DNA of 64,000 nucleotides. Origin: a bacterium. GTDB lineage: Bacteria; Patescibacteriota; Microgenomatia; Woykebacterales; RBG-16-39-9b. A model generated the notes under the pieces. That model ran no database searches and was not told the DNA's origin. It worked only from the letters and a program-made list of their open reading frames with translations. The stretch covers positions 793,702-857,701 of the forward strand of contig JAUYID010000009.1 in assembly GCA_030704665.1 (NCBI GenBank), written 5' to 3'. Both the position numbers and the translations under genes were made by a program. Shown piece by piece: positions 28,644 through 37,210 of the stretch; position 1 is the first letter of the stretch; every line of letters starts with the position of its first letter.

Positions 28644-28949
28644 ATGCCGAAAAAAACTAGGGAAGAAAAAATTTTGGCCCGCTTACGCCGCCTGGAACAA
28701 GCCAAACAGTCTCCGGAAGGCGTAGCCCCCATGCCAAACTCCACAACAGCCGAGGCGACTTCATCTGCTTACAATATAAAAAACCTTCACAAAACTGAAA
28801 AAATCCCTGAGCCAGCAAAAGTCAGGACCGAAGTCGTGGACTATTCTTATGTAAAAACCGACCTACGGAAGACCGCTGTTTTGACAGCTGCTGCGCTGGT
28901 CATCGAGATTGGTTTGAGCCTGTTTTTGGGAGGAAAATCTATTTTTTGA
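28644..28949 (+). CDS. hypothetical small protein with C-terminal TM helix
   Basis: I trimmed the ORF-track entry 28575-28949 to start at MPKKTREEK. No homology recognised. Confidence 0.3.
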   Translation: MPKKTREEKILARLRRLEQAKQSPEGVAPMPNSTTAEATSSAYNIKNLHKTEKIPEPAKVRTEVVDYSYVKTDLRKTAVLTAAALVIEIGLSLFLGGKSIF

Positions 28950-29135
28950 GGTAGATTAGGCACATTTGCGCTTGACAGCCTCAGGTAGGTGTGCTAAGCT
29001 TTTTTTCGAGGCTGTTTAGCCTCATTTACGTTAGATTTTTAGTCACTTAGTCACTGCTCGAAGGGAGGTGACAGAAAAGATCAGAAAATCAAAGTTGAAG
29101 AACCACACTTTGATTTTTCCATATCTCAACTAATT

Positions 29136-29276
29136 ATGGCTTCAATGTATTGTGTAAAATGTCGTGCAAAGAAAGAAGTTGCTAACCCAGAGCAAGTCAC
29201 CATGAAAAATGGCAAAAAAGCTCTTCGAGGAACATGTCCAGACTGCGGAACCAAGATGTTCAAGATTGGCGGCTAG
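29136..29276 (+). CDS. small zinc-ribbon protein (46 aa, CxxC...CxxC)
   Basis: MASMYCVKCRAKKEVANPEQVTMKNGKKALRGTCPDCGTKMFKIGG. The ORF is below the track size cutoff. Two CxxC pairs form a typical rubredoxin-like ribbon. Confidence 0.45.
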   Translation: MASMYCVKCRAKKEVANPEQVTMKNGKKALRGTCPDCGTKMFKIGG

Positions 29277-29375
29277 TTCTCTTTTGTACCATTAACAGAA
29301 AGGCCCCTAGTGATAGGGGTTTTTCTGTTTTGAGAAGTCATTGACAAGAAAACCGTTTGCTATTACGATTTAACA

Positions 29376-29774
29376 GTGAAAATTCTGCCGCTACTTGAAT
29401 CGAGAAATGGTTTCGGGGTCCTTCTTTCTCTCGCTCTTTTCCTTTCAGCACTTATTACCAGCCTGCTTGCATTAAACACACGCAGCATTTATTCTCTTGC
29501 CGCCGCGGAAACACCCCTTGCCGCTTGCTATATCTCCCCAACTCCAAGTTCGGTGGGAGAGGATTTTAATATTTTCGGCTCAGGGTTGCCTAGCTCAAGT
29601 CCTTTATCTCTCAAAATGTCGGAGTCAGGAAACCAAACCTTCCTCTCTTCCCTAACCAACCCATCAGGAGAGCTTGCCGCAACTTGGCATTCAAATTTTG
29701 GTGGTACCGCCATCATTTACATTTATGATTCTTCTGGAACCCTTCTAACCAGCTGTTCTTTTGAAGTACTCTAA
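29376..29774 (+). CDS. hypothetical secreted protein
   Basis: 132 aa with a signal-peptide-like N-terminus and a Ser-rich body. Confidence 0.35.
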   Translation: MKILPLLESRNGFGVLLSLALFLSALITSLLALNTRSIYSLAAAETPLAACYISPTPSSVGEDFNIFGSGLPSSSPLSLKMSESGNQTFLSSLTNPSGELAATWHSNFGGTAIIYIYDSSGTLLTSCSFEVL

Positions 29775-29775
29775 T

Positions 29776-30939
29776 CTATTTTCCGGCGGAGAGAGTTTTT
29801 GCTGAAGAGTAATTCTTCTGAAGCGTCAACAAGACGGCTCCCAGTCCAAAAAGTAAAACAAAGAAAGCAACTATCCCTGAAACAATAGGGACAAAGCTAA
29901 TAATTGTAAAGACAACCAGTCCCAGAAAAAAGGTTAAAAACCTTCCTGCCTGGCGGCCGCCTTGGTTGAGAAGAGCCTGACCAGCCCAGTAAACAACAAA
30001 GATTCGCACTACAAACAAACTTATCAAGTAAAGTGCGAGAAGAATCAGAGCAAGAGGAATCCCAACGATCGAAATCAACAGAAGCACAAAAGCAATTGGG
30101 GTCAGTATCAACGCCAAAAGCCCAAAACCGAGAGAGGCAAGTGGTCTTGCTTTCAGTGTTGCGACCGTTTCGTCGGCAAATTTTGGGAAAAAATGAAGCA
30201 AAAGAAACCCGAGAATCAAAATAGAAACAAAACTAATTATTTTCAAAAAGAGATTTACCCCCGCCAAAACTCCCAAAACCTTTTCTGTAGAAACCTGGGT
30301 TCGGGCAGGAAAAGTTTTCTTGGAAACAGTGCCTGCTACTTTCGCGTTTGAATCCAAAGAGAGATCGCGGTCACTCCAGTAGGTTATACTTCCACCTACT
30401 TTAGCTTTTGAGGTCAGACGTAGTTGCCCCGTCCCTGCATTTATATCACCGCCAACGGAATTCGAAATTGTTACATTTCCTGCACCCAGATAAACATCTT
30501 TAGCAATGCTTCCGGCTAAACTTAAATTTCCGGCTCCCGCCACTACCCCACCGGAAACTTCAGACTCCCCAGTCAAATCGACATTTCCTCCTCCAACAGT
30601 CAGGTTGCGACCAAGCTTTCCGCTGATAGAAACTTGTCCACCAGCCACACGCACATCTTGACTGACCTGCCCGGAGATTGTGACTGTACCACCAGCGGCG
30701 ATGACGTCTCCATTAACCTTGCCGTCAATGAGGACTTGACCGGCGAAAGCATAAAGATCCCCGTTAATAGTTCCGGAAATTTCTGCACTATCACCAAAAG
30801 CAAAATAGTCTTTTTCAACTGTTTCTCCGGACGCAACGACAACTCTTTTGGGGGTTTCTTCTTTGGAATCCTTAGCAAAGGAGACAGGGGCAATGAAGAG
30901 CAAACTCAGCGCAGATAAAGCCAACAAAACCTTTTTCAT
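29776..30939 (-). CDS. bactofilin-like beta-helical repeat protein with C-terminal multi-TM domain
   Basis: 387 aa with a signal peptide, then repeated G-x-V/I-x-ISG-x-V/L units (ISGTINGDLYAFAGQVLIDGKVNGDV...) typical of bactofilin/polymer-forming domains, then about 5 TM helices. Confidence 0.55.
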   Translation of the reverse strand: MKKVLLALSALSLLFIAPVSFAKDSKEETPKRVVVASGETVEKDYFAFGDSAEISGTINGDLYAFAGQVLIDGKVNGDVIAAGGTVTISGQVSQDVRVAGGQVSISGKLGRNLTVGGGNVDLTGESEVSGGVVAGAGNLSLAGSIAKDVYLGAGNVTISNSVGGDINAGTGQLRLTSKAKVGGSITYWSDRDLSLDSNAKVAGTVSKKTFPARTQVSTEKVLGVLAGVNLFLKIISFVSILILGFLLLHFFPKFADETVATLKARPLASLGFGLLALILTPIAFVLLLISIVGIPLALILLALYLISLFVVRIFVVYWAGQALLNQGGRQAGRFLTFFLGLVVFTIISFVPIVSGIVAFFVLLFGLGAVLLTLQKNYSSAKTLSAGK

Positions 30940-30992
30940 CTCGGCAAGCTTAAGTTTTAATTGACTAAATTGTCAATAGCCAAGGGAGCAAA

Positions 30993-31457
30993 TTAGTTTA
31001 GTTCCACTTTGTATTGCAAGGCTTCGGCGAGATGCGAGGGGGTAATTTTTTCTTTGGCATCAAGGTCAGCAATCGTTCGCGAGACTTTAAGAATACGGTA
31101 AAAACTGCGGGCGGAAAGATTCATTTTGTTGATCGCCGCCGAAATGAGTTCTCGACACTCTGGCTCAAGACGACAAAATTCTTTGACTTGTCTCGCAGTC
31201 ATCTCGGCGTTAGAAACGATACCAGTACTCTTGAAACGTTTTTCTTGCTCGTTTCTGGCTAGTTGCACTCTTTTCCGGATTTGGGCCGAGCTTTCACCAG
31301 CTGGTATATCAAGCAAATCTTTGGTTTTCACAGCCGGAACACTGATGTGCAAGTCAATACGGTCGAGAATCGGCCCGGAAATTCTCTTTTGATAGCGGGT
31401 TACTTGTCCGGGCAAACAGGTGCATTCTTTGGTTGTATCACCAAAGAAACCGCAGGG
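30993..31457 (-). pseudogene. comM: comM (Mg-chelatase-like YifB/ComM) 3' portion, separated from its 5' portion by the inserted element
   Basis: Minus-strand translation PCGFFGDTTKECTCLPGQVTRYQKRISGPILDRIDLHISVPAV...AEALQYK matches the ComM C-terminal region. It is in the same reading frame as the upstream recombinase gene (ORF-track 30993-33284). Confidence 0.8.
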
Positions 31458-31478
31458 ATGTGGCTTTACATAAAGACC
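31456..31478. repeat. attL-type junction: core GG (31456-31457) plus element arm with TACATAAAGACC
   Basis: By direct reading, the host comM sequence ends at 31455, then the core GG, then ATGTGGCTTTACATAAAGACC. Confidence 0.55.
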
Positions 31479-33149
31479 TACAGAGGCTCCAGAGTCGTAT
31501 TTATAAACAATCTCGACCCGACCTCTGAAAATAAACACCTTATCAATAATCCTTCCGACCATTTCCTTCCGAACCATGGGTTCAGTCGCCGCTTCAAACA
31601 TTTCAAGTAACTGCCTTAAAGTTGAAAGAACATCCTTTCGTTTTACCTGGTCGTTAATTAGAAATTGTATTTTTTCAACTTCTTGTTCTAACAGAGCTCT
31701 TTCATTTTTTTGTACTTCGTACCGCCTATCAAACACATCGCGAATTATTCCTCCATCCTCAAACAGTTCTACCAACCTATCAACTTTACTATCGTATTCC
31801 TGTAGGTGTTTTTGGGCAACCTTAAAATGAGCCGTTAGTGATCCAGTTGATTGTGCTTCCTCCAAAGACAATTCGTTACTAACATCCTCCTGTCGGAGCT
31901 CTTTCAACCTGGTTTTCAATTTTGTGAGCACGAGATGTTCCAGTTTTGGGGCCGCCAAAAGATGTCTTCTACAAGTATTACCTCTGACGTAACTACTATC
32001 AATGAAGTCGCTTCTTACATAAACCTGACCATTCGGTTTCTTAGCCCTTCTGGTTTTCAGATAGGCCCTCTTTTGGCAATCACCGCACCATATTTTTCCA
32101 GCCAGCAATGAATCCGAAGCAAGTTGTCTACCAGTAACTTTAGATCTTGATTTCACCCTGTCTTGAATCTTATTGAAAGTAGCCTCATCAATAATACTCG
32201 GAACGTTTTTAGCTTCTTGTTGTACCCACCTATCAGGAGCAGTAAATACTCGTTTTTGTTTGCCGCTAACTGTTTTTCCTTGTTTGTATTTACTTCCGAG
32301 TTTCCGACCCCATCTCACTTTCCCAACCAAAGCGGGGTTGGTTAAAATGTTTTTTATTGTCGCAGACGACCAACTCCCTGGGCCCAGTTTACCTGTCGGG
32401 GAAGGGATTTTATCTCCAACAAGACTAAAAGCAATTTTACGAAAACTTCCACTAGAGAGGTATTCATCAACAATACGTTTAGCCACAACCGCTTTTGAAG
32501 GAATTAACTCAAAATGCCAATCGTACACCTGCTTACCATCAGCAAGAGTTTCAATCTTTGGTACTTTTTTAAGCCAAAAGGGAGCGAACACCATCTTGCC
32601 TCTTTCGGCTAATCCTCTGAATCCAGACCTAACTCTTTCACCCCGTGTTACGTTCTCTTGTTGGTCTTGGACTCCCGCTAAGGCGGCTGTCATCTGTTGG
32701 ACATAATTACCACCCCAGTAGTAATCAGTAGGTGTAATTGGTTCAACCGCAACGTTTCTCATGTAAACTTGGATGTTTGCAGTTTGAGCTAATCTCCTGT
32801 GAAACCTAAGAATTAAATCTGCTTCCCTTGCTAACCTTGATGAGTGGTAAACAAGTACGATGTCAAACTTTCGGAGTAAGCTATTTAGCGGTTTTACATC
32901 CTCCAGTAAACTTGCGGCTGCGGGTCTGTCTTCAAACTCAATATCACCGAATACCCCTGGCTCGATGTAGGGCTCAACAAAAGCCCAACCTCTCTGTTCA
33001 CAAATATCTTTTGCCCATTTTACTTGGTCAAAAATTGAAACTTTTTCCTCGGCAGCTTGGTCTAACGTGCTAACACGGGCATAAACCACCGCTTTTAAGG
33101 TCGGGGCTTGTATTGTCGGTCTGTAGCCTAAATTTAGTCCATCCTCCAT
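31456..33149 (-). CDS. large serine recombinase (integrase); ORF continues without a stop across attL into the comM 3' portion
   Basis: Has the N-terminal resolvase catalytic motif AVVYARVSTLDQ, a recombinase domain, a zinc ribbon (CGDCQ...C..C) and a coiled-coil. The recombinase part is about 560 aa with a likely start at MEDGLNLG. Confidence 0.8.
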
Positions 33150-33173
33150 CTGTCTTTGCTCCTTATTAACTAT

Positions 33174-33186
33174 GTGGCGGCCACAC
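33174..33186. repeat. 13-bp perfect palindrome TGTGGCGGCCACA (copy 1), between the AlpA-like gene and the recombinase start
   Basis: A GC-rich palindrome in an AT-rich context. An identical copy lies at 39155-39167. Confidence 0.5.
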
Positions 33187-33190
33187 AGCT

Positions 33191-33367
33191 TTAGTGTTGG
33201 GACATAAATTCCAACAAGTCGTCTTTCTTGAATCGGAGAGTCCGACCGTGTTTGTAACCCTTGAGTCCTTTTTTCAGCCACCAACGTCGGAGTGTTTCGT
33301 AATGAACACCCAACATGGTAGCGGCTTCTCGAAGGGTTAGGAATTCTTTTTCGACTGGTTTAGACAT
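33191..33367 (-). CDS. AlpA/Xis-like HTH_17 small DNA-binding protein (candidate excision/regulatory factor)
   Basis: 58-aa ORF not in the track: MSKPVEKEFLTLREAATMLGVHYETLRRWWLKKGLKGYKHGRTLRFKKDDLLEFMSQH, which matches the AlpA / excisionase HTH pattern. It sits immediately upstream of the integrase. Confidence 0.6.
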   Translation of the reverse strand: MSKPVEKEFLTLREAATMLGVHYETLRRWWLKKGLKGYKHGRTLRFKKDDLLEFMSQH

Positions 33368-33395
33368 TTTGATTACTCCTTAATTAAATAATACA

Positions 33396-33590
33396 TCACT
33401 TGTCAATGCTGTTATCTACTTGTTTACTAGCCTCAAGAGCCGACAGAGCTAGCTGTGTGAAATTTCGTTTTCCGACCTGATTAAAATTATCAACCACGTC
33501 TTGAGACGAGCAGACAGAACACCCACACCCAGATTTTGCCAAGTCGTCAAGTGTCTGCCGCTTCTTATCTACCAAAGTCCCTCGTCTCAT
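33396..33590 (-). CDS. hypothetical small protein (Cys-rich)
   Basis: 64 aa containing CGCSVC. It overlaps the upstream NTPase gene by 4 nt, which is operon-like. Confidence 0.35.
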   Translation of the reverse strand: MRRGTLVDKKRQTLDDLAKSGCGCSVCSSQDVVDNFNQVGKRNFTQLALSALEASKQVDNSIDK

Positions 33591-35062
33591 AACCCCCTCC
33601 TGCTTAACTCTTGGTACGAAGTCTCTAGTTCTTGACCGATTAAATTACGATTTGGATTATCATCAGGAGCGGCTTCATATTGTTCTAACAAAGTGTTAAT
33701 CCTGGACTGTAACTCCTCAACCGATAATTTTTTAACGTCAAAGTTTACCCCACCATGCCACTCACTATATTGTTTTGACGTTTCCTTACCTGTCGAAACA
33801 TTGGGTCGGGTAGTAGGGTAAGTTAGTTTTTCTCTTTTGTTTAGAGGGTTTTCCTCCTGATAAATCAGCCCAGAAGTCTCTAAAACAGGAATGATTTGCT
33901 GTCTTAGCTGCCAGTCCGCCAAGTGTCGCTGGTAAACTTCAAAGTGCTTTTTCAGGATTTCGTTTCTTGATACCCCAAGTTTTACCCCACCCCCTAACTC
34001 ACTATATTTATCGGTATAGGCGGGGACGATCACTTCCTTAAAAAGGTTAAAGACATAAGGTGGTAAGTTTAACTCCTGGCTTTCCGAAATCGAATCCCAA
34101 AGCTTGAATGCTTCCCGAACATCGTCCTCGTTGGCAACAAGTAATCCGTTTTGTCTTTCCCTGAACCACAAGTTAAGCAACGCAAAGGTTTTTATCAGGT
34201 TGATGATGCGGCCGACATCCCGTTGGTGGCGGGGTTTGTAAATCTTAATCCTGTCGGAAAGCAGTTTTTGAATCAGTTGCGGCGAAGCGATCTTGACGTC
34301 TTTGATCCCAGCTTGCTTGATAGCCTTGATACGGTCTTTTAGCATTTTTCTGACTGGGTCGAGGTCTAGGCTGCTTTGGTACTCGGTAACGTTTGATTCT
34401 CGTTTAATCCGCTCCGATATAGCTTCACGGATTTTTTCTTGATTCGTTTCTGGTGAAAGTAACAGGAACCTCGTGGTTTCTTGCTCATCGAGGTTTAGCC
34501 CAACTGTGCAAAAGATGACCACAGGGAAACCGATCAATTTTATATTCTTTGTCCTTAAACCCTGCCGTTGATTCTTGTCCGTAATTTTCAGTTCGATTAC
34601 CTTTTTGTCGTGTGAAAGTAGCGGCCTTAAATGTTCCAACAGTTGCGTGTGGGGTTGGTCTAGGAATATCAAAATTTTACGTGACAAGTCAGCCCTGTAA
34701 CTTTTAGACTCTGGGTCGTAAGAGCTTTGATCGTGAAAGAAAGCTGTTGGTGAACAATAACCAACTTCAACCACATCCTCCTCTGGAAACAATTTGGCAA
34801 TCTCCATCGGGATAAAGCTTTTGCCGCTTGAGGACGGTGCGTTGAAGGAGATGTTTAGCTGAGCGTCTTCCGTGTAACAAGAGAGCTGGGTCAGGAAAGT
34901 AATAAGCTTGTTTACCTCGTCCTTTTTAATCGTCAGACCAAGTATTTTTATCAGTTCTTGGCTAGTGATGGGCCCAAACTGGGACACGTCAATTTGTTCC
35001 TCTTGCTTCTGCTCAACCTCTTGTTCGGCTTTATCAATCAGATCAAAGGCTTCGTCGCTCAT
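33587..35062 (-). CDS. P-loop NTPase, phage/plasmid primase-helicase (SF3/D5-like) C-terminal-type
   Basis: 491 aa with a Walker A motif FNAPSSSGKS and a downstream Walker B-like IFLDQ. It is in an operon with the CHC2 zinc-finger protein. Confidence 0.55.
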   Translation of the reverse strand: MSDEAFDLIDKAEQEVEQKQEEQIDVSQFGPITSQELIKILGLTIKKDEVNKLITFLTQLSCYTEDAQLNISFNAPSSSGKSFIPMEIAKLFPEEDVVEVGYCSPTAFFHDQSSYDPESKSYRADLSRKILIFLDQPHTQLLEHLRPLLSHDKKVIELKITDKNQRQGLRTKNIKLIGFPVVIFCTVGLNLDEQETTRFLLLSPETNQEKIREAISERIKRESNVTEYQSSLDLDPVRKMLKDRIKAIKQAGIKDVKIASPQLIQKLLSDRIKIYKPRHQRDVGRIINLIKTFALLNLWFRERQNGLLVANEDDVREAFKLWDSISESQELNLPPYVFNLFKEVIVPAYTDKYSELGGGVKLGVSRNEILKKHFEVYQRHLADWQLRQQIIPVLETSGLIYQEENPLNKREKLTYPTTRPNVSTGKETSKQYSEWHGGVNFDVKKLSVEELQSRINTLLEQYEAAPDDNPNRNLIGQELETSYQELSRRGL

Positions 35063-35610
35063 GCCAGCCTCCTAACCGCGACCTTGAACTCCAAGTTTTC
35101 CAACCTCATCAGTAGATCAAGGCTGTCTCCACCCTGGTTGCAGCCGAAGCAGTACCAAGAGTTGTTGTGGGTGTAAATTGTGAAGGATGGGGTTTTTTCT
35201 TGGTGAAGTGGGCAAAGTCCCACAAATCTACTTCTGCTCACTTTTCTCAGTTTTCCAGCGAAAAGTTCTTCTATGGGGATTTGTCGGGCGGTTTCAACTT
35301 TCCTTTCCCAATCTTTGTTCTCACCTTTGTTGAGAAGTAGCATGGCACGATCAATGCTTTTACGTTCTTTTTTGATCCTGGCTAGCCATGAGGCGGTTCG
35401 ATAGGTCGCTATCCTAGTAAGGAACCAACTAACGAACTCATCATACTTTTGGTAGCTTCTTTTTGCGGCGGCGACTTTCAAGTCCAGCAGGGCTTGGGTT
35501 TTTTCCTCATCCTCATTCAGACTCCAGGCCTTTTCATTCAGGACAGGAACGGCGTCTTTACCAAAGACTTCGACCGCTTCCAACAAGGAGACTTTATTAC
35601 TTTCCATCAC
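35059..35610 (-). CDS. CHC2-type (DnaG-like) zinc-finger protein, replication initiation module
   Basis: 183 aa. The C-terminal CPLHQEKTPSFTIYTHNNSWYCFGCNQGGDSLDLLM matches the DnaG zinc-binding domain CPFH-EKTPSF...CFGCG-GG. The finger is unusually C-terminal. Confidence 0.6.
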   Translation of the reverse strand: MMESNKVSLLEAVEVFGKDAVPVLNEKAWSLNEDEEKTQALLDLKVAAAKRSYQKYDEFVSWFLTRIATYRTASWLARIKKERKSIDRAMLLLNKGENKDWERKVETARQIPIEELFAGKLRKVSRSRFVGLCPLHQEKTPSFTIYTHNNSWYCFGCNQGGDSLDLLMRLENLEFKVAVRRLA

Positions 35611-35797
35611 CGTCTCCTTCCTCAGAGTTTGGGACTAGAACATAACCCTTGCCTCCACAGCCTTGGCAGATTTTTGAACCAAACTTGACCGTACCGAAGC
35701 CATTGCAAACCACACACCGAAACGGGACGAACTTTGGTCTAACTTGGACGTTTTCAGGGTTGTCGTTATTCTGTCTGTCCATCTTTTCCTCCAACAA
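35597..35797 (-). CDS. small zinc-ribbon protein
   Basis: 66 aa with CVVC...CQGC. It is the first gene of the leftward operon. Confidence 0.4.
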   Translation of the reverse strand: MLEEKMDRQNNDNPENVQVRPKFVPFRCVVCNGFGTVKFGSKICQGCGGKGYVLVPNSEEGDGDGK

Positions 35798-35946
35798 AAA
35801 AACAGGCCTAAAATTCTCATTTTTATTTTCATTCTTATTACTTGAGAATTTTTCGGTCTGCCTTTGGCAAACTGTGGGGGGATTTACGAGCCCTTGTCCT
35901 CTTTATTTATTTTTACTTTTATAAGTATACCATAGTGTCGCCATCC

Positions 35947-35975
35947 TTGCTTATGCTTGGTAGAAGTGCGATAAT
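35947..35975 (+). promoter_or_regulatory. sigma70-like promoter (TTGCTT-17-GATAAT) for the thermonuclease gene, short leader
   Basis: The -35 is at 35947-35952 and the -10 at 35970-35975. The ATG is at 35987 with no SD, so the transcript is probably near-leaderless. Confidence 0.35.
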
Positions 35976-35986
35976 CTGGCCATCTT

Positions 35987-36886
35987 ATGCCAAAAATTAA
36001 CGCCGAGGAAATAAGAAAACTGTTTGAAGGTAAAAAGAAATTCTTTACTATCCCTATGGCCATAATCTTGGGTCTAGGTTTACTTCCAATCACAATCGGG
36101 TTAGGTATCGGCTACTTAGCTTACAAAAAGATTCCCAACACTACCCAAAGAAATGTTGCCCTGGGAGTCATTGCTTTAGTTACTTTGGGAGCCACCTTTG
36201 CTTGGTTTAACATGTCCTCCACCGAGCCTGAACCTCAACCTAGCCAACAAACAACACAATCAAATGAAACCAAAGAGAAAGCAAAGATTGAGAATGTCTT
36301 TAAGGTCACTAAGGTAGTTGACGGCGACACTATTGAAATTGAAGGTGGGAAACACGTCCGCTACATCGGGATTGATACTCCAGAAACAGTTGATCCCAGA
36401 AAAGAAGTCCAATGCTTTGGCCAGGAAGCCTCCGACAAAAACAAAGAGATGGTCGAAGGGAAAGAAGTTAGGCTTGAGAAAGATGTTTCCGAAACTGACA
36501 AATACGACCGACTCCTCCGTTACGTTTATGTTGGCGATACTTTTGTTAATGACAGCCTTGTTAGGCAAGGTTACGCTAGAGCTTCGTCTTACCCACCAGA
36601 CGTAAAACACCAAGACCAGTTCACCGAAGCAGAGAAGGAGGCTAGGGAAAACGATCGAGGCCTGTGGTCAGAATGTGAGAAAAAAGAGGAAGCAGCACCC
36701 CCAACAACAACCCCACCGCCAACAACTAGTGGGAATTGTGATCCTTCCTACCCTGATGTTTGTATTCCGAAGTACCCACCTGACCTAGACTGCGGCGACA
36801 TTACTTACAGGAAGTTTAAGGTCTTACCTCCTGACCCACATGGGTTTGACGGAAAGGACAACGACGGGGTCGGTTGTGAAAGTTGA
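35987..36886 (+). CDS. membrane-anchored secreted thermonuclease (SNase-like) with C-terminal Excalibur Ca-binding domain
   Basis: 299 aa with a TM helix. The SNase core is VVDGDTIEI...RYIGIDTPE...RLLRYVY and the C-terminal Excalibur motif is DGKDNDGVGCE. Confidence 0.75.
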   Translation: MPKINAEEIRKLFEGKKKFFTIPMAIILGLGLLPITIGLGIGYLAYKKIPNTTQRNVALGVIALVTLGATFAWFNMSSTEPEPQPSQQTTQSNETKEKAKIENVFKVTKVVDGDTIEIEGGKHVRYIGIDTPETVDPRKEVQCFGQEASDKNKEMVEGKEVRLEKDVSETDKYDRLLRYVYVGDTFVNDSLVRQGYARASSYPPDVKHQDQFTEAEKEARENDRGLWSECEKKEEAAPPTTTPPPTTSGNCDPSYPDVCIPKYPPDLDCGDITYRKFKVLPPDPHGFDGKDNDGVGCES

Positions 36887-37197
36887 TGGATTGGGGAATT
36901 TTTTTAATCGTCTTATTCTTTGGTTGGATAATAATAGCCTTCATTAACGACTCAAGATTTTCCAAAGATCATAAAATTCTAAGTAAGCTAACGATAGTAA
37001 TTGTGGGTATTGCTGCCCTTGTAATAGGTTTGGCTTGGGCAGAGGAGTCCCCACGAACTCCAACAAGAACTAGAAGTACCACACCTTACATTCAACAATC
37101 AGAACCAAGTGCACTCTGTCGAGATGGAACATTAAGTTACAGCTCCAATCGGCGGGGAACTTGCTCCCATCATGGCGGAGTAAGTGTTTGGTACTAA
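36883..37197 (+). CDS. DUF3761-domain membrane protein
   Basis: 104 aa with 2 TM helices. The C-terminal CRDGTLSYSSNRRGTCSHHGGV matches the DUF3761 signature. Confidence 0.55.
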   Translation: MMDWGIFLIVLFFGWIIIAFINDSRFSKDHKILSKLTIVIVGIAALVIGLAWAEESPRTPTRTRSTTPYIQQSEPSALCRDGTLSYSSNRRGTCSHHGGVSVWY

Positions 37198-37210
37198 TTA
37201 AGGAAATACT

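Noticed and set aside
30993-33284. Treating the 763-aa ORF as a single native multidomain protein (recombinase plus AAA-lid domain)
   Set aside because: The C-terminal 158 aa continue exactly from the truncated ComM at 40349-41407, and att-type junction repeats flank the intervening 8.9 kb. An insertion into comM explains this better.
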